64,000 nt of DNA, from the NCBI GenBank assembly GCA_016187485.1, contig JACPJO010000005.1, forward strand, positions 71,499 through 135,498, given 5' to 3'. Under the pieces are notes generated by a model. The model made no database searches and was not told the DNA's origin. It was given only the letters and a program-made list of their open reading frames with translations. The translations under genes were made by a program, and so were the position numbers. The DNA comes from Candidatus Uhrbacteria bacterium (GTDB lineage Bacteria; Patescibacteriota; Patescibacteriia; UBA9934; UBA10169). Below, piece after piece: positions 45,107 through 55,070 of this stretch; position 1 is the stretch's first letter; the number at the start of each line of letters is the position of its first letter.

Positions 45107-46123
45107 ATGACAACGAGGGGGAAATTTGGTAGCCTCACTCCCACTATGATTGACTGGAAGGCTCTCCCACGCCCCATCATCGCCCTCTCCCCCATGGCGG
45201 ATATGACCGACTCGTCGTTTTGTCAAATCGTCAAATCCATCGCTTCGCCTATTGTTTTCCGCGAGATGATTTCAAGCGAGGCGCTCGTGCGCGGGAATGA
45301 AAAAACACTTGGCATGGCAGACTTTGTCCCTGCCGAGCGGCCTATTGTCCAGCAGCTTTTCGGGTCGGACCCTGCAACGATGGCCGAGGCGGCGCGTATT
45401 ATCGAGGAGAAGTTCGCCCCAGACGGACTCGATGTAAATATGGGTTGTCCCGTGTATAAAATTACGTGCAACTTCAACGGCGCAGCACTCATGAAAGAAC
45501 CGGCGCGCGCCACGGAAATTGTCCGACGCATGAAAGCGGCCGTGCGAGCACCCGTATCGGTGAAGATTCGACTTGGGTGGAGGGAAAAGACGGAGGCCAT
45601 CGGGTTTGCAAAATGCCTTGAAGATGCCGGGGCGGATCTTCTCACCGTGCACGGACGCACAAAAGAACAAGGCTACAGTGGCATGAGTGACTGGGAGATG
45701 ATCGGTCGCGTGAAAGCAGCAGTGAAAATTCCCGTACTCGCAAACGGCGACATCAATACTCCCGAGGCGGCGCGCGCGGCGCTTAGCATGAGCAGATGCG
45801 ACGGAGTTCTCATTGCGCGCGGCGGACTGGGAAACCCCTGGATTTTTGCACGCATGGAGGCAATGCTCTCTGGGGGGAGGATCCCAGAAGAACCGGCGCT
45901 TCTTGAACGGCTGCGCGTTCTGCGTGCTCACGCTGCCTTGCATGTCGCAGAGTACGGCCCACGCGGCATTGTCACCTTCCGCAAACATATTAGCTGGTAT
46001 GTAAAAGGCATCCCCGGTATCCGCCATTTTCGCGAGCGGCTGCACCAAGTATCGTCTCTAGAGGATCTTGATACACAACTACACACAATCACCGTCTCTC
46101 TTAGTGACCACTTAGAGAGATAG
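45107..46123 (+). CDS. dus: tRNA-dihydrouridine synthase
   Basis: The translation has LSPMADMTDSSF, VDVNMGCP and GRTKEQ motifs. The start could alternatively be at 45146. Confidence 0.8.
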   Translation: MTTRGKFGSLTPTMIDWKALPRPIIALSPMADMTDSSFCQIVKSIASPIVFREMISSEALVRGNEKTLGMADFVPAERPIVQQLFGSDPATMAEAARIIEEKFAPDGLDVNMGCPVYKITCNFNGAALMKEPARATEIVRRMKAAVRAPVSVKIRLGWREKTEAIGFAKCLEDAGADLLTVHGRTKEQGYSGMSDWEMIGRVKAAVKIPVLANGDINTPEAARAALSMSRCDGVLIARGGLGNPWIFARMEAMLSGGRIPEEPALLERLRVLRAHAALHVAEYGPRGIVTFRKHISWYVKGIPGIRHFRERLHQVSSLEDLDTQLHTITVSLSDHLER

Positions 46124-46173
46124 TAAGCGTCTTTTTGCGTTTCAGCCAAGCTCATGTTACCATCGCGCCATAC

Positions 46174-46247
46174 TCCGGGATCGTCTAGAGGCAGGACGCC
46201 AGGTTCTGGCCCTGGTAACCGTGGTTCGAATCCACGTCCCGGAACCA
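46174..46247 (+). tRNA. tRNA-Gln (anticodon CUG) with a Glu-like D-arm
   Basis: Manual cloverleaf: acceptor TCCGGGA/TCCCGGA, D-arm GTCTAGAGGCAGGAC, anticodon loop TTCTGGC, T-loop TTCGAAT, and an encoded CCA. Confidence 0.7.
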
Positions 46248-46251
46248 GGGT

Positions 46252-46614
46252 ATGACTATTTCAGGTGTTGTCGTGAAAGGACAGGGTTTAGGCAGAGTGC
46301 TTGGTTTTCCCACTGCTAATCTTGCATTCTTTCCCGCTCTTCCCCCGGGTGTCTATCTCGCATACGTTCGTACAAAAGAAGGTCTGTTCCCTGGTGTGCT
46401 TGCGCAAGGAAAGAAAACAGAGGTTCACCTCCTAGATTTTACCGGGGATCTTTACGGGAGCAAGATAGAGATTGAGGTAGACGAGCGTATTTCCGATATG
46501 ATTCCGTGGACGACGCTCGAGGAGTTGCGAGAAAAAATTTCACACGATATTGAGAACGCCCGATATGTTTTCCGGCATCGTCCGCGCAAAGGGAGAGATT
46601 GCGAACATCAATGA
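46252..46614 (+). CDS. Riboflavin kinase (monofunctional, RibF C-domain type)
   Basis: The translation has GQGLGRVLGFPTANL. The 3' end overlaps ribE. Confidence 0.7.
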   Translation: MTISGVVVKGQGLGRVLGFPTANLAFFPALPPGVYLAYVRTKEGLFPGVLAQGKKTEVHLLDFTGDLYGSKIEIEVDERISDMIPWTTLEELREKISHDIENARYVFRHRPRKGRDCEHQ

Positions 46615-47164
46615 CTTCGGCATTGCGCGACAATTCATTGTGCGTGCTCCCCAGTCGGTGCTTTTACGACTTCGTCCAAAGGACTCCGTGCTCCTGGGCG
46701 GTATTTGTTTTACGGTCCACACGAAAGATGAACAAACATTTCAGGTAGAGGCCATGCCGCAGACCCTCCGACTGACAACCGCAGCGTCGTGGAAGCAGGG
46801 AGACTCTATTAATATAGAAATGTCGCTGCGGATGGGGGACACGATAGGAGGGCACTTCGTTTACGGCCACGTAGACGAGGTCGGTACCGTGAAGAAGTGC
46901 GCACGCGAAGGAAATGCGCTCATCGCGACAATCCAGGCCTCACCCGCTGTCATCAAACAAGTGTTTCCTCGTGCCTCTGTCGCAATCGACGGCGTAAGCC
47001 TCACGGTTGTTTCCGTGGAAGGAGACCAGTTTACTGTTTCGCTTATTCCAGATACGGTTGAGGCAACAACGCTTGGGACTCTCGGGTCTGGGTCGCGGGT
47101 AAATGTGGAAACAGACATGATGATCAAATATGCACAGCAACACCTACAAACACATAAAGAGTGA
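46565..47164 (+). CDS. ribE: Riboflavin synthase alpha subunit
   Basis: The start is set at MFSGIVRAKGEI. The product has two lumazine-binding repeats. Confidence 0.8.
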   Translation: MFSGIVRAKGEIANINDFGIARQFIVRAPQSVLLRLRPKDSVLLGGICFTVHTKDEQTFQVEAMPQTLRLTTAASWKQGDSINIEMSLRMGDTIGGHFVYGHVDEVGTVKKCAREGNALIATIQASPAVIKQVFPRASVAIDGVSLTVVSVEGDQFTVSLIPDTVEATTLGTLGSGSRVNVETDMMIKYAQQHLQTHKE

Positions 47165-47621
47165 GGGGGTTCGTGCGGGAATTGTGCGCGCACGGTTTAA
47201 CGAAGACGTGACAGGCGGCCTTCTTGATGGCGCGCACGAGGCATTAGTGGATGCAGGTGTGAAGCCTGAAGACATTACCCTTGTGGAAGTTCCTGGGTCG
47301 CTTGAGATTCCCACTGCAGCAAGCATCCTTCTTGAACACAAAACCCTCGATGTCGTCGTTACCCTCGGCTGTATCGTTAAAGGAGAAACGGCGCATGACG
47401 AATATATCGCCACGTCGGTGTATCAGGCCCTCGTGCGCCTTGCTATGCACACGGGTGTGCCCATTACGATGGGAATCTTAACAGTGAATACGATCGAACA
47501 AGCGCGCGCGCGGTCTGGCACAGGGGGGATGAATCGTGGACGCGAGGCGGCGCTTTCCGGGCTGGAAATGGTGCAGGCGCTTAAGCCCCTAAAAACAGAA
47601 AAGCGAGACGGGCTCGCTTGA
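47130..47621 (+). CDS. ribH: 6,7-dimethyl-8-ribityllumazine synthase
   Basis: The translation has RAGIVRARFNEDVTGGLL and VPGSLEIP. Confidence 0.85.
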   Translation: MHSNTYKHIKSEGVRAGIVRARFNEDVTGGLLDGAHEALVDAGVKPEDITLVEVPGSLEIPTAASILLEHKTLDVVVTLGCIVKGETAHDEYIATSVYQALVRLAMHTGVPITMGILTVNTIEQARARSGTGGMNRGREAALSGLEMVQALKPLKTEKRDGLA

Positions 47622-47634
47622 AGAAAAGGATGAG

Positions 47635-47964
47635 CTACTTTTTGGACTTGGCGTCTTTGGCGCCAAGTTTGTCTGCGTGCCGCAGGAAGGCCTTTGTTTC
47701 ACGCTCGGCAAGGAGCCGGCGGCGGTGCAGACAGGCCATGTCGTGAGAGTTGAATGGACCGCCCGGGGCACACAGAAGCCTCCACGTGTGCCAGAACGTT
47801 CCCATCCCCACGATGATGCATCCCAGCGGGAACACCCAGGTGATATGTGGGATCCGTCGAACCTCGAGCCCTCCACCGAGAAAGAGAAGGAACGCACCAA
47901 TCAGGATGAGAACTATAGGTCCGTACTCACGTTCTTCTGGATCATCCACTCCCTGCGTCAGCAT
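47635..47964 (-). CDS. Small membrane protein, unknown function
   Basis: ORF 47635..48144, trimmed to MLTQGVDDPEE. It has two TM helices. Confidence 0.3.
   Translation of the reverse strand: MLTQGVDDPEEREYGPIVLILIGAFLLFLGGGLEVRRIPHITWVFPLGCIIVGMGTFWHTWRLLCAPGGPFNSHDMACLHRRRLLAERETKAFLRHADKLGAKDAKSKK
47646..47668. terminator. Hairpin ACTTGGCG-7 nt-CGCCAAGT after ribH, shared with the convergent minus-strand gene
   Basis: An 8-bp perfect inverted repeat followed by TTTGTCTG. Confidence 0.45.
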
Positions 47965-48088
47965 GATCACCTCCGGAGGATGGAGAGACGACTCCACGGA
48001 CAGTTGAACAAAAAAGATGCCACCTGTCAAGTAGCAAAACGCCAATTCGAAAGCCAGGCGGAAGGCCTGGCGAGGCAAGGAGCAAGAA

Positions 48089-49771
48089 CTAGTACTGCTC
48101 CTCGAGACGAAGAACTTTCTTGAACACGCCGCCGGGAGCCACACTCACGGCAAGGGAATGGTCGTGCGTCGTGCACACAGCACAACGCAGGGTAAGCAGG
48201 TAGTCGCCGGAGGGAACCTCGATCTCGAGCGGCGTGCGGCCGATCACGCGGTCGCCGAGCACGACATCCGCCGGCGGGCTCGTGTAGAGATCGAGCGTTG
48301 CGGGAAGTGCCTCTGGAAGTGCGGGAGACACACTCTCAGTGGGATTCTTGATGGCCGGCATCTCTTCTGTCCGTGCCGTTCGAGCAGGCATGAACGCTGC
48401 GGGCGAAGGAGGATCCGGCTCCACCATGATGGACGGAAGCCCAGCCGCTGAAGAAGTCGGCGCTACGACAGCCGTGAGGCGAGCACCTCCCACCGGCTCT
48501 TCCGTCTCCGACGTGGGCAGCACGGCACCGACCATGAGCACAAGCGCAAGAGCTGCCGCGAAGACAACCAACTCGAACCTCCGAGAGGACGGTTCCTTCC
48601 AGAGCAGCGGGGAATGGACCTCGTTGACCGTGACTGTCCTGGGCTCCTCAAGCACCGCCGGGCGTGCGCGCTGGCGGAGACCACGGTCGGAAGGCGGAGC
48701 AGGGACATCCCACTCGTCCACCTCTTCGGGTGCGGGGGGCGACGCTCCAATCGGTGCCACGAACATCGTATGGATCTCTTCCGTCGAGTCTTCCACGGGC
48801 TCCGGCGGCTTCTCCCCCGAGAAGAAGCCGTTGGGCCGCTCGGGCGGGAGGAGAAGCATCAGGCTTGCCCACCACGTCGTATGCACGAGTTCGTTGTCCG
48901 TAAACTGCAGGAGCTCGCGCAGATCGAGCAGGAGCTCTTCGGCTGATTGATAGCGAGCCGAGGAGTCACGCTGCCAGAGCCGTTCGAGGATGGCACCAGC
49001 CATGGGATGGATGGAGTGAATCTCCGCCACCTTGCCCGCCATGTCGTCCTTGATGACCGACATGAGCGTGCGCAGCGAGTCGTCTTCGTCGAACGCCCGG
49101 TTGAGCGAGAGGAGCTCGTAGAAGATGCTTCCCATGGCGAAGAGGTCCGAACGCGCGTCCAGGTCCTCGCCCTTCACCTGCTCGGGCGACATGTACGAGG
49201 GCGTACCCTTCGTCGTGCCGTCGCGAGTGAGGGTGAGGCGCTGGGTGTGGCGCGCGATGCCGAAGTCGGTGATGCGCACCGCACCCGTGCGGTCTACCAG
49301 GAGGTTGGCGGGCTTCAGGTCGCGGTGCACAAGACCGAGCGGCTGTCCGTCACGGTCCGCGAGCGTATGGAGATAGGCGAGTCCTTCGCAGATCTCAATG
49401 GCAACGCGCAGCGCCGAGGCCAGCGACACCGTAAGTTGCGTGTCGCGGCAGATGTCCACCAGCCGATCAAGGGGCCACCCGTCCACGTACTCCATTGCCA
49501 GGTAGAAATGGTCATCGCGGACAACACCGAAGTCGTACACGGTTACCACGTTCTTGTGCGCAAACAGCGCTCCGACGCGCGCCTCATCCGAGAGCGCACG
49601 GAGCTGATCCGGATCCGCAGCTTGACGAAGGAGCTTGAGCGCCACCGTCCGCCGGAACCCCATCGAACCACCGTGCTCTGCACGGTAGACAGCGCCAGAA
49701 GCGCCGCGGCCGAGCAGAGCCGAGATGTTGTAGGGCCCAAAAGGAATGGGCGCAAACGGCTTCGTCGTCAC
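48089..49771 (-). CDS. Ser/Thr protein kinase with a Pro-rich linker, a TM helix and an extracytoplasmic PEGA-like domain (high GC)
   Basis: The translation has GRGASGAVY...ALK and HRDLKPANLLV motifs and a single TM (LVVFAAALALVLMVGAVL). The C-terminal LYTSPPADVVLGDRVIGRTPLEIEVPSGDYLLTL is a PEGA pattern. The gene is about 65% GC. Confidence 0.8.
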   Translation of the reverse strand: MTTKPFAPIPFGPYNISALLGRGASGAVYRAEHGGSMGFRRTVALKLLRQAADPDQLRALSDEARVGALFAHKNVVTVYDFGVVRDDHFYLAMEYVDGWPLDRLVDICRDTQLTVSLASALRVAIEICEGLAYLHTLADRDGQPLGLVHRDLKPANLLVDRTGAVRITDFGIARHTQRLTLTRDGTTKGTPSYMSPEQVKGEDLDARSDLFAMGSIFYELLSLNRAFDEDDSLRTLMSVIKDDMAGKVAEIHSIHPMAGAILERLWQRDSSARYQSAEELLLDLRELLQFTDNELVHTTWWASLMLLLPPERPNGFFSGEKPPEPVEDSTEEIHTMFVAPIGASPPAPEEVDEWDVPAPPSDRGLRQRARPAVLEEPRTVTVNEVHSPLLWKEPSSRRFELVVFAAALALVLMVGAVLPTSETEEPVGGARLTAVVAPTSSAAGLPSIMVEPDPPSPAAFMPARTARTEEMPAIKNPTESVSPALPEALPATLDLYTSPPADVVLGDRVIGRTPLEIEVPSGDYLLTLRCAVCTTHDHSLAVSVAPGGVFKKVLRLEEQY

Positions 49772-49829
49772 GTTGAGTTCCTTCCATGCTAAAGGTCTAC
49801 CTTGACCTTAACACGCGCTCCTGTTCCTT

Positions 49830-51338
49830 TCAAGAAATCTCTGTACCGCCGAACTCTTCCAATAGGTCTCCGACGATTTCATCCGCTTTCCCGTGGACAT
49901 ACTCTCCACGCACACGAATCGGGACGGAGAAAATGCGCGCGAGCACAGATTCAAGTTTCTCACGATTACGCGGCGCATTTACCGTGTCCGCGTGAAATTT
50001 GAAATGGAACCCCATCGTGAGCGTGTCCCCCTCCATAGCAAGAGGCTCTGCTGATTTAAGTAAAAACCCAAGCGAGGCATGCGCTTCGGTGACTTTCGCG
50101 AAAATATCATTCCACCCCTGCTGAATTTTTGAAAACTCTACAACCGGAGACTCGTCTTTTTTCCCCGGTGTTTGCACGGGAAGTCCCTCCTCTACCTGTG
50201 GTGGAGGGGCAGAACCCTCTTCCACAGACGTGCTTCGTTCCCCTGATGCAGGAGTAAAAGGAGTAGCAGCTTTTACCACGGCAATCTCCAGGGGGAGAGA
50301 AGGAATGGAACTTTCCTCTGAAACGGCGGAGGAAAAAAGATTGATCATTTCCGTCCACTGCACGGGAGAACAGGTGTGTGCAAGAGCGCGTACGGTGGGA
50401 AGCAGATGCTGAGGCCAAGCAAGAGCAAGAGCGGACTCGTCTCCAAGACACGCAAGCATAAGATGGCGAGCGTAGGAAACTATTTCCTCTGCAAGACGAG
50501 AAGGGTCTCCTCCACTTTCTACAAAACGATGTAGGTGTCCCATCGCTTCCTTCGTTTGTGCATTCACGATGAAAGAAAGAAGGGCAAGAGCTTCTTCCAG
50601 ATAGCGACGTGGCAGAACAAGAGCGGCCTCCTCCATATGGATAACTCCATCACCGACAGCCAAAACCTGCGCCAGAAGACTCTCCGCATCACGCTGGCTT
50701 CCCTCCGACAGACGTGCGATCTCTTCTATCACGGCTCGGTCCACTTTTACTTTCTCCTTTTTGCAGAGCTCTTCCAAGCGCAGAGCAAGTTCGGCCAGAG
50801 GAATACGATGAAAATCAAACCGCTGCGTGCGTGAAATAATCGTCTCGGGAAGTTTATGCACCTCGGTTGTGGCAAGAATAAACAGCGCGTGAGTAGGCGG
50901 TTCTTCCAGCGTCTTTAAAAGTGCATTGAAGGCGCTTGTCGAAAGCATGTGTACTTCATCGATGATGAACACCTTGTACGGAGCGGCGTGCGGGGTGAAG
51001 CGAATCGCTTCGATGATGTGTTCGCGCACATGGTCCACCCCTGTGTGGCTTGCGGCATCCATCTCCACAACGTCAAGACTCCGCCCCTCTGTGATCTGCG
51101 TGCAAGAATCACATGCATTGCACGGTTCGCCCTGCTTTGAACGTTTGGCGCAGTTTACGGCTTTCGCAAGCAGTCGAGCCGTCGTCGTCTTTCCCACCCC
51201 CCGTGGTCCCGTAAACAAATACGCGTGTCCCACCGTGCCGCATGCCAACTGGTGGAGAAGCGTTGTGGAAATATGCGGCTGGCCGATCAGCGCAGAAAAG
51301 GTTTGCGGGCGGTATTTTCGGTAGAGGGTTTCAGACAT
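49830..51338 (-). CDS. dnaX: DNA polymerase III subunit gamma/tau
   Basis: The translation has GPRGVGKTT and the Zn module CNACDSC. Confidence 0.9.
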   Translation of the reverse strand: MSETLYRKYRPQTFSALIGQPHISTTLLHQLACGTVGHAYLFTGPRGVGKTTTARLLAKAVNCAKRSKQGEPCNACDSCTQITEGRSLDVVEMDAASHTGVDHVREHIIEAIRFTPHAAPYKVFIIDEVHMLSTSAFNALLKTLEEPPTHALFILATTEVHKLPETIISRTQRFDFHRIPLAELALRLEELCKKEKVKVDRAVIEEIARLSEGSQRDAESLLAQVLAVGDGVIHMEEAALVLPRRYLEEALALLSFIVNAQTKEAMGHLHRFVESGGDPSRLAEEIVSYARHLMLACLGDESALALAWPQHLLPTVRALAHTCSPVQWTEMINLFSSAVSEESSIPSLPLEIAVVKAATPFTPASGERSTSVEEGSAPPPQVEEGLPVQTPGKKDESPVVEFSKIQQGWNDIFAKVTEAHASLGFLLKSAEPLAMEGDTLTMGFHFKFHADTVNAPRNREKLESVLARIFSVPIRVRGEYVHGKADEIVGDLLEEFGGTEIS

Positions 51339-51373
51339 AGCCGCGCCATTGTAGCACGCTCTCTTCCCTCCTC

Positions 51374-52009
51374 CTACCCCTTTGCCTGGCGGATAACATT
51401 CTCCACTGCCGCCCAGGTACTTGGCGTATTTTTTGGCACTAAAACAATAATCTGATCGCCTTCCTGGCCCTTAAAAAACGTCACGCTCGCGGTGAGAACC
51501 TTCCAGACATGCTCGTGAGATTCATCAATAGCAACGTATCCGTTCGCCGACGCATCCCATGCCAGAGATGCTTGTAAACGTCGCCGCTCGATAGGTCCTA
51601 CTTGTTTGTACAAAAACGTTCCGTCCGCACGAATAGTGAGTTTCAATATATCGCCCTCCACGAGACGCGATTTAGACGCGTAGTTCGGCGGCACAACATA
51701 GCTTTGTCCATCCGAGCCGATCATCTGTTCCCCATCAAAAACACCTTCGACAACTTTTTCCGCTTGTAGACGCGCAAGCTCTGGCGTGTGCGCCGACTGC
51801 TTTGCAAGAAGCTCTACAAGAATTTGTCGCCCCTGCGCTTCGGTCCCAGACTCAAGAAGATCAATGGCATTTTGCATGGCCTCCTTTGCGTGGCGAAGAA
51901 TACGCAAAACCAATTCGGTGCGCGCACCTTCGCCCGCGCGGACAGGCTCCTCGCCAAACCCCGGCTCTGGCTCAAAAGACGTTTCCTCTTGATCTGTCAT
52001 GTGGGACAT
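51374..52009 (-). CDS. Acidic protein of unknown function
   Basis: A 211-aa ORF sitting 4 nt upstream of the VirD4-like gene fragment. Confidence 0.5.
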   Translation of the reverse strand: MSHMTDQEETSFEPEPGFGEEPVRAGEGARTELVLRILRHAKEAMQNAIDLLESGTEAQGRQILVELLAKQSAHTPELARLQAEKVVEGVFDGEQMIGSDGQSYVVPPNYASKSRLVEGDILKLTIRADGTFLYKQVGPIERRRLQASLAWDASANGYVAIDESHEHVWKVLTASVTFFKGQEGDQIIVLVPKNTPSTWAAVENVIRQAKG

Positions 52010-52012
52010 ACG

Positions 52013-54467
52013 CTAGAATTCCCCAACCGGCACTGGTTGTGCCTCCCCCACGCCTCCAAGCGCAGAGCGCTCAAGTATCTCTTCTTCCACGAGTACACGT
52101 TCACGGCCGTACTTCAACCGAGAAAGTTCTTTGATGGCAGCGGCAAGCTCAGGGTTCCCCTTGGGTGGCAGGACCGTGTGAAGGGTAAACGGTTTCTGCG
52201 CATCGTTATCAATAATCATTTTGGAGTACCACGTAAATTTCTCGGCATTAATAAGATCGTAGCCGGAGAAAAGGGGCGCAAATTCTTTTTCCAGTACCTC
52301 TGCATCTTCTACGCCGATGCGCGAAACAAACATCGTTCCCACGTTTCCGAGCACCGCGTCCCGTACTTCCGTTTTGTTGTCCTTAACCAACTGCCCCATA
52401 TATTGGTGCGCCATAATGAGGTCCAGACGATATTTACGCGCCTCAGAAAGGATGGTAGCGATCGAGTCCGTAATAAAGTTTTGGAACTCGTCAATATAGA
52501 GATAGAAATCCTTGCGCTGTTCCTCGGGCATATCGGCGCGCGCCAGCGCCGCCATTTGAAGCTTCGCGACGATGATGAGACCCAAAAGCGAAGCGTTCAC
52601 TTCGCCCGTCTTCCCTTTGGAAAGATTCACAATGAGGATCTTGCTCTGATCCATGATCTCGCGAATGGAGAACCCTGAATGCGACTGGCCAATGATGTTA
52701 CGTATCATGGTGTTTTCCACAAATCGTCCGACTTTGGAGATCAGATAGCCGAGCATCTCAGACTTGTGGAAGTCACTCGTTTTCGCCATCTCTTTTTCCC
52801 AGAACGCACGCACAACCGGGTCTTTCACCTTTGCGACCCATTGTTTTTGGTATGCTTCGTCACTGAACATGCGCGGGATCTCCGCCACCGTGCCCGGATT
52901 TCCCAGATCCGACATGAGCGTCAGCATCACATTACGCATGTTGTGCTCAAACATGGGACCGATCATCTCTGGCGGGAACAACTTGTAAAAGATCGCAATC
53001 ATTTCTTGCACGGCAAAGTCCACTTGTGATTCACTCTCGGCCTCAAGCATATTAAGTCCCACCGGCCGATCCAGGTCTGACGGGTCAAAGACGACAACGT
53101 CATCCACGCGCTCTTTAGGAATGTTCCCAAGCACCTGCTCAGCGAGATCTCCGTGTGGATCAATCACGCACAGGCCATGCAGTCTTGATGAAGACGGGTT
53201 TCGTCCCCCCGCGGTAGATGTTGTTGCCAAGAAACAATCCTTCGATCGGCGTATTTATCGGCGCCGGAGCGCGGCGCGCGCGAAGCCAATAAATATTCGG
53301 GGTGTCGGTCCACGGAAGTGGCGGGTGCCAAAGGGATGCCATCTCTTGCGTATTGAAGACAACTCTCTGCCCACCCTCCCAATCGCGGAAGATGAACTTA
53401 CGAATCACGCGCTTCTTTGAATGCGGGATTGCCCGTTCAAATTTATTGCCGTATTCATAAATGTTGAATTGAGAAAAAGCGTTCACTGTGTTTTGGAGAA
53501 TTGCTTCTGCGCGCGCTCCTGCCGCCGCGCTTACGACGATACGGATATTCACCTCCATACCGGATTTAGACGCTTTTTCCTCGATACGCTTCACCGTCTC
53601 CTCTTCCTGCGGAGACAAGCGGTGTTCGTCACGCGTAGATTGACGCTTCTGTACTTCTTCTTTCGTGCGAAGGTCATCAAGAAGCCCGCGTTCATTCTTC
53701 TTTTTTCCCGCCAGCGCCTCTGCAAGCGACATGCCTGACTGTATGCGCCGCGCGATGGCTAATCCCTCATCACGCCATGAAGGCTTCGCCGTGCGCACGA
53801 TGTATTGAACGGCAGTTCCTTCCCCCTCCTCTATCTTCGAGAAGGTATTGGTGATGGCGCTCATCGGATCAGACTCGATGTCCTTGTACGTGCGGATAGG
53901 AAAACCGACAGGGCGTGCAAACTGTAAATAGGCGCCAAGAATCACGCCGGTGGGGGTAAATAAGTTGTAATCCTCTGTCTCCTCGATGTGCGCATCAGGA
54001 TACTGCGCCAAGATTTGCTGCTCAATAAGTTCTGCAAAACGCACAGGCGCCGCAATGTAGAATTTAATAAGCTTCTGATGGCAGACAATCTCAAAGGAAA
54101 AGTGATCGTCGCGTCCAAAAAGCCACGCAAAAAAACCATGCTGATGTTTGATGCCTCCGATGGAGGCAAACAAACTCTCCGCCACGGCTATCGCCTCGTT
54201 TTTTTGTTCCTTCGTTACCTGCTTGGATGTTTCTTCTTCCGAACGAAACTTTGGTACCGCTAACAAAAATAATTTCATGGCATACTGCCCCTGGCGCCGA
54301 TGTCCCACAAAGATCATGAACGCGCGAAAAGCAAAGAGAACGAGGATGGTCGCAAGAACAAGGCCCCAAAACCAAAACACGGCGGCCACTAACCACGACG
54401 CGCCTCCGGCAGGAACGGATGAAGCAAAATTCTCTTCAGTGAACGTTGTTGCGGCGAGCAAGCTCAT
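52013..54467 (-). pseudogene. VirD4/TraG/TraD-like type IV coupling protein gene, split into two overlapping ORFs at a G6 homopolymer and lacking a Walker A motif
   Basis: ORF 53160..54467 encodes an N-terminal TM segment plus about 400 aa. ORF 52013..53230 begins with a TTG start and carries VIDPHGDL, YIDEFQNF and HQYMGQL, which are family hallmarks. The frame switch lies within TACCGCGGGGGGACGAAA at about 53187..53204. No GxxGxGK[ST] occurs in any frame. Confidence 0.6.
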
Positions 54468-54933
54468 GGATTTTGTCTGTTTTTATTTTTGCCTCCTGTT
54501 CGAGAAAAAATTTGTTCACGCCGGGAATCATCTGCAACCACCCGCGAATCATCCCAATTACTTTGCGCAAGGAAAGTTTTGCTCCTGCCATCATAACGCG
54601 GAGTCTCCCCGCTACTTCTTCTCCTTTCGCGCGAAAAACCTTTTGTGTCTCCGGGTCCATGTGTCCGTAAACCTCGCCTAAGTCCTCCTCTAGAACTCCC
54701 TCGATCGCTTCCGAGAGAGGATCCTTCGCGGGCGCAGCCGTAGCAACAGATTCCGCCGGGGCGGGAAGGGAGACGGGTGCTGCAGGTTCGGCGCCCTCAT
54801 GTAACGGAGAGGGCGTCTCCACAGGCGCCGGCGACGCAACTTCATGATCCTCCGCACGCTGCTCAACCGGTGCGTCAACATCAACCCGCGGCTGCTCTGG
54901 TGATGCCTCGTTCTTCCTCAGTAATTCAGCCAT
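54436..54933 (-). CDS. Acidic Pro/Ala-rich protein of unknown function
   Basis: A 165-aa ORF immediately upstream of the VirD4-like gene on the same strand. Confidence 0.45.
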   Translation of the reverse strand: MAELLRKNEASPEQPRVDVDAPVEQRAEDHEVASPAPVETPSPLHEGAEPAAPVSLPAPAESVATAAPAKDPLSEAIEGVLEEDLGEVYGHMDPETQKVFRAKGEEVAGRLRVMMAGAKLSLRKVIGMIRGWLQMIPGVNKFFLEQEAKIKTDKIHELARRNNVH

Positions 54934-54989
54934 ACGGGAATAGTATAGCAGATAAATATTTTCCTAGCCGATTCGTTAGCACCCAACCA

Positions 54990-55018
54990 TTGACAGAACA
55001 GCTAAAATGTGGTACTTT
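54990..55018 (+). promoter_or_regulatory. Candidate sigma-70 promoter (TTGACA-17 nt-TACTTT) for the high-GC orphan gene
   Basis: Read from the sequence. An AAGGAG RBS precedes the ATG at 55071. Confidence 0.35.
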
Positions 55019-55070
55019 CGCCATAGTTTCGCACCTCTAACACCACACCCAGGCCGAAGGAGAGCTACCC

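Noticed and set aside
48947-49792. 281-aa plus-strand ORF opposite the Ser/Thr kinase
   Set aside because: It is an antisense shadow in a high-GC gene and Arg/Val/His-rich.
53164-53382. 72-aa ORF in the third frame at the VirD4-like junction
   Set aside because: It carries no motif, lies inside the frame-break region, and does not supply the missing Walker A.
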